From IMG/VR virus record IMGVR_UViG_3300046794_000311, positions 1-64,000 of that record: a DNA stretch of 64,000 bases; one strand, written 5' to 3'. Positions 20,050 through 29,025 of this stretch are shown here, one piece after another. Under the pieces are notes generated by a model. The model ran no database searches and had not been told where the DNA came from. It was given only the letters and a program-made list of their open reading frames with translations. The stretch is from a virus. A program made the translations under genes and the position numbers. The number at the start of each line of letters is the position of its first letter. Within the stretch, counting starts at the first letter, position 1.

Positions 20050-20052
20050 GGA

Positions 20053-20454
20053 TCAGTCGTCCACTACCGCCGGGGAAAGCCGCTCGTAGCGCCGACCGTT
20101 GCGGACGACCTCCTCGTAGGAGACCGTCGCGTAGTCGGAGAACGACCCCTGCGAGAACTCACCGAGATAGGTCGGCGCCTCGACCCACGAGGCGGAGCCG
20201 ACGTGAACGCGCTCGGCCATCGTCTCCTGCGGGAACTTCTCGTAGACGTTCGCGTTGTGGTTGGGTCGGCCCGGGGCGGTGAGGTAGCCCTGCATGACGC
20301 CCTTGGTGAATTCGTTCGGGACGTCCGTGTCGGTGGCGACTCCCTCTTCGAACCTGAGAGGACCGCGACGGGCGGTGTTAAGCGCATCCTTGCGCTCGTA
20401 GACGGTGCCGACACGCTCCTGGAACTGCGGGTCGGGTGCGAGATTTCCAGCCAT
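20053..20454 (-). CDS. Hypothetical (probably virion) protein
   Basis: GAGGA RBS. LRFEEGVATDTDVP and ERVHVGSASWVEAP look like conserved motifs. Confidence 0.65.
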   Translation of the reverse strand: MAGNLAPDPQFQERVGTVYERKDALNTARRGPLRFEEGVATDTDVPNEFTKGVMQGYLTAPGRPNHNANVYEKFPQETMAERVHVGSASWVEAPTYLGEFSQGSFSDYATVSYEEVVRNGRRYERLSPAVVDD

Positions 20455-20526
20455 TCCGTAATCCTCTTCTGATAGCGAGGGAACGCTTCAAGCGTAGGAG
20501 GAACACGGAAGTGGTTGTTAATGCCG

Positions 20527-20931
20527 CTAAGCGCGGGGAAGGGAGAAGAGGCTGGCCGGGGAAGGGGTCGCCGACGGTACGGTTACGTCGTACTCCTCAC
20601 CGCCCGGGAAGCATTCCTTAACGTGCCACACGAATCCGGGAGTGACGCCGGATACATCCGTGGCAAGCAGGTCGACGCTCAGTGAGCCCTGCTCGATGTG
20701 GGAGTCGATCTCCCGAAGCCACACCACGGTGTCGCCATCGGTAACCCGCTTCACCGAGGGACGGAAACGGACCAGGGATCCGTTCAGAGGATTTCCTTCG
20801 CCGTCAACGTATTTGGCCGTGACGGTGACGGCTGTGAAGTTGGGCGGAAGAGTAAGGGCAGGAGTATCTGGGCCTGCCACGGTGGAGGGCTGCTGCGCCG
20901 TCCACCCGGGGGCATTCCATTCGTCGGCCAT
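20527..20931 (-). CDS. Hypothetical beta-rich protein
   Basis: AAGGA RBS and an Ig-like pattern. Confidence 0.6.
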   Translation of the reverse strand: MADEWNAPGWTAQQPSTVAGPDTPALTLPPNFTAVTVTAKYVDGEGNPLNGSLVRFRPSVKRVTDGDTVVWLREIDSHIEQGSLSVDLLATDVSGVTPGFVWHVKECFPGGEEYDVTVPSATPSPASLFSLPRA

Positions 20932-20939
20932 ATCGTTCC

Positions 20940-22529
20940 TTAGCGCTGGAAGGGGGAATTAGAAACTTCGACCTCGGGCATCGTGTAGTCCTTGGTGAGG
21001 ACACAAGCGAGTGCCAGGGAATCCGCGTAGTCGTCGTGAGCGTCAGCCGCGCGAGGGGCTTCTGCGAGGACGTACGGGCCTTCGAATTTCTTCTCCAGAT
21101 CTTCCATCTGCTGACGGAAGCGCTTGTAACTCTTGAGGCGCCGGGTGTAGGCGTGGGAGGGCCAGGAGATGTGCCCTCGGTCCATCAGTTCCATGAGGTG
21201 CTTCCAGCGCTTGGACTGCTCGGGGCGCTGGGAAGAAAGCGGCACGATGTCGATATGCGGCAGCAGTACCTTGAGCCGGGATATGACGACGTCGCCGACG
21301 CCACCCTCGTCGACCGCGATGGCCATCACGTTGTAGTTCTGGACGAATTCGACGATGCGGAAGTACTGGGCCTCCCAGTCCATTCCTGCGAGGTCGAGCC
21401 AGTTTAGGATCCGGTGCTCGAAGTACCCGTACTCGTCGGGCTGCTCCCACCGGACCCACACGGCCGTGACGATCGTGCTGTCCTGCTTACGGGCAGGGTC
21501 GATGCCGATGACGATCGGGCTGGAGTGGTAGGCCGGGACGATCTGCATCGAGGTGTCGCCAAGTTCATCAAGCCGCTCGGAGGTGGTGAACATACCCTTG
21601 TCGAGCAGCCAGATCAGCCTGTAGGACAACTTGAATTCGTCGGAGTCCTCGCCGATGCGCAGGAGTTCCTTCTTGACGAACTTCCGGTAGTAGTCAGACC
21701 ACCGCGAAACCTCTTTCCAGTCGGCCTCGAAATGGTTCTGCCGGGCACCTCGTCTGGTCGCTGTTCGCCTATTGATCTGGATCTGGTTGTAAAACACGCC
21801 CTTCTCATAGGTGGGCGTGCCGGTAAACACCATGGTCGCATTCGTCGAGGCACCCATCGGGCCGATCGACTTGTTCACCATCTTGGCGTCGGCGCCCTGA
21901 CACTCATCAATGAGAATGAGGTGGTAGGTGCGGCCTTCAATGGTGGCGCGCGGGTGACAGGTCTGCTTTCGGACGAGGGAGCCGGAGCGCTTGAGGGTAA
22001 TGGAGCGGCCCTTGCCCTGGACGGTCTCGTCGATTTCCGGGTCCGCCATGATTTCCAGGGCGTGCTCACTGGTGAGGCGGGCCACGATACGGCCGTACAG
22101 GTTGTCGGCCTGCTCCTCCACGGGCGCGAAGGCACCTACCCACAGGCCCTCCTTGAACTTGCCCAGGAGGTCGGGGAAGATCTTCGCCAGCCTCGGCAGC
22201 ATGATCATGCAGGCGGCGACGCAGTTGGCCACGGTCTCGGACTTGCCGGACTGGCGGGAGAACAGCGCGGTGATGGTGGCGCCGTCGTCGATGATCAGGG
22301 ACTCGATCAGTCGGGCGGCGAAGGGGCGCTGATAGGGGCGCAGCGGGTGGCCGGAGACTTCATCGACGATCACCAGCAACTTGGAGACCAGCTCGTCCAC
22401 GAACTGCTGGCTGGTCTGGTCGAGTACTACCTCGGTGTCGAGCCGGGCCTGATGCTCTGCCTCGGTCTCGTCGCTGGTTATGTCGTCGTGCTCGACGTCC
22501 TCCGTAACAACAGACACGCCTAACCCCAA
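20940..22529 (-). CDS. terL: Terminase large subunit
   Basis: Walker A SRQSGKS, Walker B LILIDE, coupling motif TGT, nuclease GIDPA...DST and HDDYADS. Confidence 0.95.
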   Translation of the reverse strand: MGLGVSVVTEDVEHDDITSDETEAEHQARLDTEVVLDQTSQQFVDELVSKLLVIVDEVSGHPLRPYQRPFAARLIESLIIDDGATITALFSRQSGKSETVANCVAACMIMLPRLAKIFPDLLGKFKEGLWVGAFAPVEEQADNLYGRIVARLTSEHALEIMADPEIDETVQGKGRSITLKRSGSLVRKQTCHPRATIEGRTYHLILIDECQGADAKMVNKSIGPMGASTNATMVFTGTPTYEKGVFYNQIQINRRTATRRGARQNHFEADWKEVSRWSDYYRKFVKKELLRIGEDSDEFKLSYRLIWLLDKGMFTTSERLDELGDTSMQIVPAYHSSPIVIGIDPARKQDSTIVTAVWVRWEQPDEYGYFEHRILNWLDLAGMDWEAQYFRIVEFVQNYNVMAIAVDEGGVGDVVISRLKVLLPHIDIVPLSSQRPEQSKRWKHLMELMDRGHISWPSHAYTRRLKSYKRFRQQMEDLEKKFEGPYVLAEAPRAADAHDDYADSLALACVLTKDYTMPEVEVSNSPFQR

Positions 22530-22600
22530 TCCGTTTCTATTACGGATTCGAGATTAGGCGTTTCTGGCTATGTGTTTGTAATTACGGCTTGACAAGCCGC

Positions 22601-22870
22601 TCAAGCAGCCTTACGGACATCCCTCTTCGCGACGATCTGCTGTGCGCGCTGGCGGGTGAAACCGAACATCTCCCCCAGCCGGTCATAGGTGTAACGGCCC
22701 TTGTAGTAGACGGCCTCCACGAGGGCGTCACGGGCCTCGGTGGACACAGCCGGAAAGTCTGCGAAGCACATGGCGTCACAGAAGATCGGGGCTTCCTTCT
22801 TGGCCATCTTCTTGCCCACTCCGAGCAGGCGCCAGCAGCCCCGGCAACGAACCTCTACCAGGTCGGTCAT
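22601..22870 (-). CDS. Zn-ribbon + HTH (sigma70 region 4-like) DNA-binding protein
   Basis: CxxC...CxxxC followed by YTYDRLGEMFGFTRQRAQQIV. Confidence 0.7.
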   Translation of the reverse strand: MTDLVEVRCRGCWRLLGVGKKMAKKEAPIFCDAMCFADFPAVSTEARDALVEAVYYKGRYTYDRLGEMFGFTRQRAQQIVAKRDVRKAA

Positions 22871-23151
22871 CAGCCTGCCTCTCCCTTCAGGCGGTCCTCG
22901 GTCTCGTTCTCCTCGCCGAAGTCACCTCCGCCGTTCTCATGCCAGGCGCTCTCGAAGCCCTTCAGGACGTCGTTCAGCATGCCGAGAGGGAAGGTGAGGC
23001 CCCGGCCGTAGAACTCCTTGCTCGGGATGAACTCTCGGGCATCCACGAACAGGCCGTCCTGGGGACTCTGGACCGTGGAGACGTGGATCTCCTTGTCGTA
23101 CACGTAAGGGATACGCGCGTGTACCGTGCGTCCTTCTGCCAGCTCGTCCAT
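22870..23151 (-). CDS. PC4/YdbC-like ssDNA-binding protein (putative)
   Basis: FVDAREF...YGRGLTFP resembles the PC4 D-x-R...KG-I-S/T motif. ATG at 23151 follows GGAGG. Confidence 0.5.
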   Translation of the reverse strand: MDELAEGRTVHARIPYVYDKEIHVSTVQSPQDGLFVDAREFIPSKEFYGRGLTFPLGMLNDVLKGFESAWHENGGGDFGEENETEDRLKGEAG

Positions 23152-23262
23152 GCCAACCTCCTGAGACGCTTCCTGATCTACGAGGCTACACCTACGCAAG
23201 CGGTCTCGACAACCCGCTTGACGAGCGCGTAGAGTGGAGATCCACGAGAGAAGGAGCCACCC

Positions 23263-23481
23263 ATGGGCATGTACCCGATGCGAGACCCGGAGAAGTGCCC
23301 GAAGTGCGGGCGGAGCCTCGACGAAGAGCCGAAGCCTGAGCGCCCCTCTGTGCCTGGATTTCCCGAAGGAGTAGCCTACGGACAAGATCCGGTCTGTGGG
23401 GGGCGCTGGAGCGTATGGGACAAGACCTCTCCGCTGCGGAGCAAAGCACAGCCGTATGTGGATGGAGGCCCTGATGCCTGA
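23263..23481 (+). CDS. Small Zn-finger-like hypothetical protein
   Basis: AAGGAG RBS and CPKCG motif. Confidence 0.55.
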   Translation: MGMYPMRDPEKCPKCGRSLDEEPKPERPSVPGFPEGVAYGQDPVCGGRWSVWDKTSPLRSKAQPYVDGGPDA

Positions 23482-23740
23482 CGACTTTCTCTTCACCAGC
23501 GCGATACACCAGACTGCCAACGCGCTCAACCCGCCCGAGGGTTACGACCCTACGGCGGACGCCATGGCTCACCAGTTGGCGCGCGAGCAGCACGACTTCT
23601 ACACCAGCCAGCAGGCGATGCAGTCCACCCCGCCCGGAGGGCACGACTTCTCCCTCCAGGGGATCAAGGAGTTCGCCTACGGCGTCGGCGCCCTGCTCGC
23701 GCTCGGACTGTTCCTGAAGTACGTCGTCGGAGTCGGCTGA
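23474..23740 (+). CDS. Small membrane protein
   Basis: GGAGG RBS and a C-terminal hydrophobic helix. Confidence 0.55.
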   Translation: MPDDFLFTSAIHQTANALNPPEGYDPTADAMAHQLAREQHDFYTSQQAMQSTPPGGHDFSLQGIKEFAYGVGALLALGLFLKYVVGVG

Positions 23741-23750
23741 CCTTCTCAGC

Positions 23751-23791
23751 ACGAAGCCCCCACCGGATATCTCTGCCGGTGGGGGCTTCGT
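23751..23791. terminator. Bidirectional terminator between convergent genes
   Basis: ACGAAGCCCCCACCGG...CCGGTGGGGGCTTCGT inverted repeat. Confidence 0.75.
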
Positions 23792-23795
23792 CGTG

Positions 23796-24869
23796 TCATC
23801 GTGCCCGGCGGAGCTGCACGACGTTCTGCTGGGAGACCATGCCCGTCAGGAACGGCTTGCCCTTCATCGTCTCGTCCCGGCGCCGCTTCTCACTCGACAG
23901 CCCCAGGTACCGCTCCGTGGTCGTCATGGACGAGTGGTGCAGCAGCGCGGAGACCGTACGCAGCGCCGCGTCGTAGCCGACGTCCTCGGCGAGCTGGTCG
24001 AAGTAGGCACGGGCCACCGCCCGGCGCACCGTGTGCGTGCCCTCGTAGCGGGTCGGCAGGCCCAGCTTGGCCAGGGCGCCCTTGACGATCTTCTCCGTAC
24101 GCTCCACCGGCCGGTCGGCGTGGTAGACGAACGGGGTCCGCTCATACACCCGGCGACCCAGCGCCTCGTCGAAGTAGTGCGTCTTGATCTGGTTGCCGGA
24201 CCGGGCCGGGAAGAGGTAGTCGTCCGGCCGCAGCGGGCGCCCGAGCAGAGCCGCGTACTCCTCGAACCAGATCCGCAGCTCCCGCTCCAGGTCGGCAGTC
24301 AGTGGCATCTCGTCCTCCTCCTTGGTCTTGATCACGGTCACGAAGACCTCGGAGGCCGCGAAGTCGACGTCGCCGACGCGCAGGTTCACCAGCTCGCTCG
24401 CGCGGCACGCGGTGTTCACGGCCGTCGCGAGGTAGGCGCGGTGCATGGCGCACTCGGACTGGTCCAGGAGCTGGAGGAGGATGCCCGGCGCGGGCTGCAT
24501 GCGCTGCTTGCGCACCTCGGGCAGTGGGTCGACCAGGCACAGGTAGTCGTTGCGCGGAGCGAGCCCCCGGGCGTGGGAGTAGCCGAAGAACAGGCTCAGC
24601 CGCTTGCGGTAGTGGTTGTGCGTGCTCGGCCCCACGGCCGCCCGGAGCTGCTGGCCCTTGATGCGGGTGACGTGGATGTCCATCAGCCCGCCGTCGCCGT
24701 AGAAGAAGTCACGGACCTGCTCAGGGGTGAGGGCCGCGAAGTCGGGGTTGCCGACGTGCTCGGCGAAGCGGGGCAGCAGGTTGTCGTCGGCGCGCATCGT
24801 GTTGTCGGCCTTGGCGGCTCGCCGGTTGCCCAGGTACTCGTCGATGGCGCTGCGCAGTGCGATGGTCAC
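23796..24869 (-). CDS. Tyrosine recombinase/integrase
   Basis: Catalytic set: R (TACRASEL), K (IKTK), HxxR (HTVRR), H (LLHHS), Y (TERY). GTG start after GGAGG. Confidence 0.9.
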   Translation of the reverse strand: MTIALRSAIDEYLGNRRAAKADNTMRADDNLLPRFAEHVGNPDFAALTPEQVRDFFYGDGGLMDIHVTRIKGQQLRAAVGPSTHNHYRKRLSLFFGYSHARGLAPRNDYLCLVDPLPEVRKQRMQPAPGILLQLLDQSECAMHRAYLATAVNTACRASELVNLRVGDVDFAASEVFVTVIKTKEEDEMPLTADLERELRIWFEEYAALLGRPLRPDDYLFPARSGNQIKTHYFDEALGRRVYERTPFVYHADRPVERTEKIVKGALAKLGLPTRYEGTHTVRRAVARAYFDQLAEDVGYDAALRTVSALLHHSSMTTTERYLGLSSEKRRRDETMKGKPFLTGMVSQQNVVQLRRAR

Positions 24870-24903
24870 GCTTCCTCCTGTTGCGGGGTGAGCTGCGACC
24901 CTC

Positions 24904-24982
24904 AGCGTAAAGACGTCAAGCCTTCTCGTCAATGCGCTGGACAACAGGTTATGTAGACGTAATCCTGAAGGCGTAGTACGGT
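24904..24982. promoter_or_regulatory. Divergent promoters for the two recombinase units
   Basis: Minus strand: TTGACG-17-TACGCT (24932..24904). Plus strand: TAGACG-17-TACGGT (24954..24982), 7 nt before the ATG at 24990, consistent with a leaderless mRNA. Confidence 0.55.
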
Positions 24983-24989
24983 TCCCGTC

Positions 24990-25148
24990 ATGATGACGAA
25001 CACGCTCACCGGGCTTAATACCTCGGGCTCCGACGAGCCCCAGGTCACCGTGACCCTCACCAACAACCGGATGGAAGACAGCCGCTGGAACCGGCTCCTC
25101 ACCATCCTGTTCACCCCGCAGGACGAAGACACACCCGCAGCGACCTAG
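24990..25148 (+). CDS. 52-aa hypothetical protein (candidate directionality factor/regulator)
   Basis: MMTNTLTGLNTSGSDEPQVTVTLTNNRMEDSRWNRLLTILFTPQDEDTPAAT. Below the ORF-track cutoff; GC3-rich codons. Confidence 0.55.
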   Translation: MMTNTLTGLNTSGSDEPQVTVTLTNNRMEDSRWNRLLTILFTPQDEDTPAAT

Positions 25149-25272
25149 CACAACTACCCCACACAGGCGGGCCGTTCCTCATATACTGCGCTGATCAACA
25201 AGACGGGCCTGCCCATCGCGAGTCTAGGCGCGAGGGACAGGCCCTTGATCAGTCTGTAAAGGAGACTGAACC

Positions 25273-27366
25273 ATGGCCAGCATAGCGGCCGAGCGCGCCC
25301 GCGAACGCGCCCTGAAGGTAAATGGCACCCGCCCCGGCACCCCCGGCACCCCCGGCACCTTCAAGTCCTGTACCGCCCTCGCACGCATCGTCAAGCGCGT
25401 CGGCGCGTACCTCCGCGTCTCCACCAAGGACCAGATCGTCGGCTACGGCCTCGACGTCCAGCTCAAGGGCATCCAGGACAACATCGACGTCAAGAACACG
25501 ATGGAGGCGCGCAACGGCACCAACATCGTCTGGGAACTCTCCGACGTCTACGAGGACGCAGGCGAGTCCGGCGCCAAGCAGGACCGCCCCGAGATGATGC
25601 GCCTGGAGCGCGACGTACTCGCCAAGAAGATCGACGTCGTCGCCGTCCACAAGTTCGACCGCATCGGTCGCACCGGCCGCGCCTTCTGGCACTGGGTCTG
25701 GGCCCTCGAAGACGCCGGTACCTCGATCATGTCCGTCACCCAGGAGATCGACACCACCACGACCCACGGCGTCACCGCACTCCAGCAGCTCGCGTCCTTC
25801 TCCGAAATGGAATGGCGCACCATCCTGGAGCGCACCCAGAACGGCCTCAACATGAAGGCCGCAGCCGGAGGCTGGACCGGCGGTCCCCCGCCCTTCGGCT
25901 ACTGCATCGAGAACCAGGGCAAGCGCGACTCCAAGCTGGCTCTGCACGCCGAGGAGTGCCGCACCCTCGACATCGCCGCCCAGATGATCGTCGAAGGCGG
26001 ATACACCGTCGACCGCGCCGCGCACATGCTCAACCTCATCGGCCGCCTCACCCGCAAGGGCGTGGAGTGGACCGGATCCAACCTGCGGCACAAGTTCTTC
26101 AACACCGCCCTGGACGGTTTCGTCGTCTACCGAAACACCGACGAGGTAGTCAACAAGCGCCGCAAGCGCGCCACCAAGATGAACCCCGACGGCACCCCCA
26201 AGCACGGCCCGATGATGATCATCGACACCCCGATGGTCTTCGAGATCGACCGGCTCATGTCCATCCGCCACGCCCTCAAGCGAAACGGCTGGAACCTCAC
26301 CGGCCCGTACAAGTACCACCCGCTCAGCACCCGCGTGATCGGTGAATGCGGCGCCCACTACACCGGGGTCTGGGTAAAGGCAGAAGACCGCCGTACCTAC
26401 CGATGCACCGGAAACAAATGCGGGGACTCGGTGATCGACGCCGTGGCGCTCGAAGAGGTCGTATGGGACAGCCTGAAGAACTTCCTCGGCGACAAGGAGA
26501 AGCTGCGCGAGATCGCCAAGGACTGGGTCACCACCGCGCCGGATCACCGCAAGATGTACGAGGCGCGTATTGAAGAACTCACCCGGGAGATCTCGGGCCT
26601 GCGTGAGCTGACCACCACCACGCTGGTGAACCTCGCGAAGGCGGGCGTCGATGCGCTGGCCATCAATTCAGCAGTGGCGAAGCTGAACGAGGAGATCAAC
26701 AACAAGCAGGCGATGCTGGACGACGCCGTGTCAATGCTGTCGGAGGCAGAAGAGGCCGCTACTCGGGCCGAGGATTTCCAGCGTCTGGTGGAGATCGCCA
26801 GCTTCAACCTGGAGCACATCACCGACCGGCAGAAGGCCGAAGTGATGGACCTGCTGGAGATTCAGGTGTCGCTCATGGGGCCGGTTCCGCTGGACGGCCG
26901 TTTCGGGCCGGACTCCGACATTGAGCAGTGGTTCGGGAAGCGCGGCGTTCAGCCGGTCGAGATGACCGATGCGCTGTGGGAGGAGGTCCGTCCTCGGATC
27001 AGCTTCCGGGTCACGAAGAAGAGCCACGATCTGCGGTCGCTGGTGGAGGGTCTGCTCTACAAGGCCCGCACGGGTTGCCCGTGGTCTGAGATGCCGGAGC
27101 ACTTCCCGCCGAAGGAGGCGCTGAGGGCCCGCTGGAGGGCCTGGAAGGACGGGGCGTGGGAGAGCATCGTCGAGCCCCTTCTGGAGCCCGCTCCGCCGCG
27201 TAAGCCGCCTCTGCCGCCCATGAAGGTGACGGGGAACATCGACCCCCGTCTGGTCGAGTTCACGAACGGGCAGGCGACGAGCCAGGTTCCGCACTCTGGT
27301 GGACGAGCGTCCAGGGGTTCGTTCACGTACGTCATCAACCTGGAAAAATGGCGATTGGCCGCCTGA
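25273..27366 (+). CDS. Large serine recombinase with C-terminal IS5-transposase-like DUF4096 domain
   Basis: YLRVST catalytic motif, ESGAKQDRPEM, DRIGR, GGPPPFGY recombinase domain, partial Zn ribbon and coiled coil. Tail MTDALWEEVRP...RSLVEGLLYKARTGCPWSEMPEHFPP is DUF4096-like. Confidence 0.9.
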   Translation: MASIAAERARERALKVNGTRPGTPGTPGTFKSCTALARIVKRVGAYLRVSTKDQIVGYGLDVQLKGIQDNIDVKNTMEARNGTNIVWELSDVYEDAGESGAKQDRPEMMRLERDVLAKKIDVVAVHKFDRIGRTGRAFWHWVWALEDAGTSIMSVTQEIDTTTTHGVTALQQLASFSEMEWRTILERTQNGLNMKAAAGGWTGGPPPFGYCIENQGKRDSKLALHAEECRTLDIAAQMIVEGGYTVDRAAHMLNLIGRLTRKGVEWTGSNLRHKFFNTALDGFVVYRNTDEVVNKRRKRATKMNPDGTPKHGPMMIIDTPMVFEIDRLMSIRHALKRNGWNLTGPYKYHPLSTRVIGECGAHYTGVWVKAEDRRTYRCTGNKCGDSVIDAVALEEVVWDSLKNFLGDKEKLREIAKDWVTTAPDHRKMYEARIEELTREISGLRELTTTTLVNLAKAGVDALAINSAVAKLNEEINNKQAMLDDAVSMLSEAEEAATRAEDFQRLVEIASFNLEHITDRQKAEVMDLLEIQVSLMGPVPLDGRFGPDSDIEQWFGKRGVQPVEMTDALWEEVRPRISFRVTKKSHDLRSLVEGLLYKARTGCPWSEMPEHFPPKEALRARWRAWKDGAWESIVEPLLEPAPPRKPPLPPMKVTGNIDPRLVEFTNGQATSQVPHSGGRASRGSFTYVINLEKWRLAA

Positions 27367-27380
27367 CCTGCGAAAACAAC

Positions 27381-27415
27381 GAAGGCCCCGACCCGATCAA
27401 GGGTTGGGGCCTTTC
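27381..27415. terminator. Terminator after the serine recombinase
   Basis: GAAGGCCCCGACCC...GGGTTGGGGCCTTTC inverted repeat between convergent genes. Confidence 0.7.
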
Positions 27416-27676
27416 TCATGCCTCCCGTCGGGAGAGCACATCCAGGACTCCGAGCAGGCTCTGGGCTCCTCGGTGGGCCTCCAGCAGACTCTCCGGCGTG
27501 GCCTGCTTGCGGTAGTCGTCGAGCGTCTTCGCCAGGCCCGAGCCGACACTGTCCGCCCAGTCGAGTACGTCCCCCGTGGGCAGTCGGTCGAGTCGCTTGG
27601 CGACCTTCGCGCGGACCGGGTCCACCTTCTCCTCGCCGCCCCGAAGGGCGCGCTTCACATCAGCCCAAGTGCGCAC
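27416..27676 (-). CDS. Hypothetical protein
   Basis: Helical ORF with GC3-rich codons. Confidence 0.6.
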   Translation of the reverse strand: MRTWADVKRALRGGEEKVDPVRAKVAKRLDRLPTGDVLDWADSVGSGLAKTLDDYRKQATPESLLEAHRGAQSLLGVLDVLSRREA

Positions 27677-27757
27677 AGGACCTCGAACTCCTCTTCCGTG
27701 TCGTCAGCCTTCTGGGATACGACCCGGCGGGCCGCTGCCTTCTCGTCGTCGGTGTTC

Positions 27758-28063
27758 TCAGGTGAGGAGGGCATCGTCGTCCTCCCTGTCGAATCTGTGG
27801 GCGTGGTCGCGGATGTCGTCGGTCGACAGCGCGTTTCCGTATCCCTGGATTGCGGTGTAGAGGGCGTCGCTTTCCGAGCGCCAGGTGTGGCGCCAGCGGC
27901 CGAGGACGATTCCCTTTCCCGGCCATACCTTGATGACGAGGGAATTGGAACGCCGGTAGGGCGGCTCTATCTCGTCGGTGGGCGCGGTATGAAGAAGCGG
28001 CGTATGGGGGCGCAGGTTCACCGCGTGAACGAAGAAGGGCCCCACCCCATGTGTATTCGGCAT
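27758..28063 (-). CDS. Hypothetical protein
   Basis: ATG ORF in the minus-strand run of genes. Confidence 0.55.
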   Translation of the reverse strand: MPNTHGVGPFFVHAVNLRPHTPLLHTAPTDEIEPPYRRSNSLVIKVWPGKGIVLGRWRHTWRSESDALYTAIQGYGNALSTDDIRDHAHRFDREDDDALLT

Positions 28064-28102
28064 GGGATGGAGCCTATTCTCCGGGCGGCCGGAAATGGTA
28101 AA

Positions 28103-28552
28103 TCAGTAGTCGCCCGTGGGTTCGTCGAGATCGTGCTCCGGCGCGTAGGAGTAGTTGTTCAGAGTCCGGTTGATTGCGCGGCCGGGGCTCTTCACCCGCT
28201 TGAAGTTCCGCCAGACATTCGGCGGGACGTTGTAGTAGCCGTAGACCTGACCATTCCGGAATCGGACCCGTAGCGTCTGAGAATCCTTGTCGTAACCAGC
28301 GGCAAGAGTTCTCGGGCGCGGCGGATTGATAGAGGGGGTCGGCTGGTATGGGAGGAGATCTCCGTCGTCGCCGTCCTTGGCCAATTGGATGGCGTCGGCG
28401 AGTTCCTGCGACATTACCCGGCGGGATCCTGGCCGGGGTCCTGGGTTGGGGGTTGTGCGGGGCGGCTCGGGCGTGGTCGGCATCGAGAACAGGCTGAGCT
28501 GTTCGAAGTCGTTGCCTCGCTTGTTGGGGCCGCGTGGGCCTCTGCGTGCCAC
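28103..28552 (-). CDS. KTSC-domain protein
   Basis: GYDKDSQTLRVRFRNGQVYGYYNVPPNVWRNFKRVKSPGRAIN matches the KTSC consensus. Confidence 0.85.
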   Translation of the reverse strand: MARRGPRGPNKRGNDFEQLSLFSMPTTPEPPRTTPNPGPRPGSRRVMSQELADAIQLAKDGDDGDLLPYQPTPSINPPRPRTLAAGYDKDSQTLRVRFRNGQVYGYYNVPPNVWRNFKRVKSPGRAINRTLNNYSYAPEHDLDEPTGDY

Positions 28553-28617
28553 TGTGTCTCCTTACGCAGCAGCCCCTGCCCCGGTGACGGGAAGCAGGGG
28601 CTTTGGGGCTGCTTGGA

Positions 28618-29025
28618 TCAGGCCGGGACGTTGTCGACCGTGGAGGCGATGGCCGGGCCGGTGGCGCCGGGAGCGGTCGCCGTGCCTGCGTTGCGGGTGC
28701 CTGCGTAGACGCCCGTGCCGGTGAGTCGGTCGTCGGCCTCCGGGCCGCCGGGGTGCTTCGCGGCCTCCTCGGGGGTGAGGACGACGAGACCGGCGTTGTG
28801 GGTGGCCGGGTCGACACCGATGGCGCGCTGGGCGGCCGGGTCGGGCAACTGGGCCTGGACGAAGACCTGGCCGGGGATGGCGTCGGTGTTCTCGTACTTG
28901 GTGCCGTGCTGGACGGTCCAGCCGAGGTTGGGGTGGTCCCAGTCCGAGGAGCGCCCGGGGACTACCTCGGGGATCGCGGCCGGGGTCTCGCCGACGGGCT
29001 CGGTGTTCTTGGAAGCAGCAGCCAC
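28618..29025 (-). CDS. Hypothetical protein
   Basis: GAGGA RBS and GTG start, followed by a hairpin at about 28568-28612. Confidence 0.6.
   Translation of the reverse strand: MAAASKNTEPVGETPAAIPEVVPGRSSDWDHPNLGWTVQHGTKYENTDAIPGQVFVQAQLPDPAAQRAIGVDPATHNAGLVVLTPEEAAKHPGGPEADDRLTGTGVYAGTRNAGTATAPGATGPAIASTVDNVPA

Noticed and set aside
23796-24869. Protelomerase
   Set aside because: Size and R-K-HxxR-H-Y spacing match ordinary XerC-like integrases, and no long telomere-like palindrome lies nearby.
26950-27200. IS5 element inserted in the recombinase
   Set aside because: No DDE domain, terminal inverted repeats or target duplication. The segment is in frame within the recombinase ORF.
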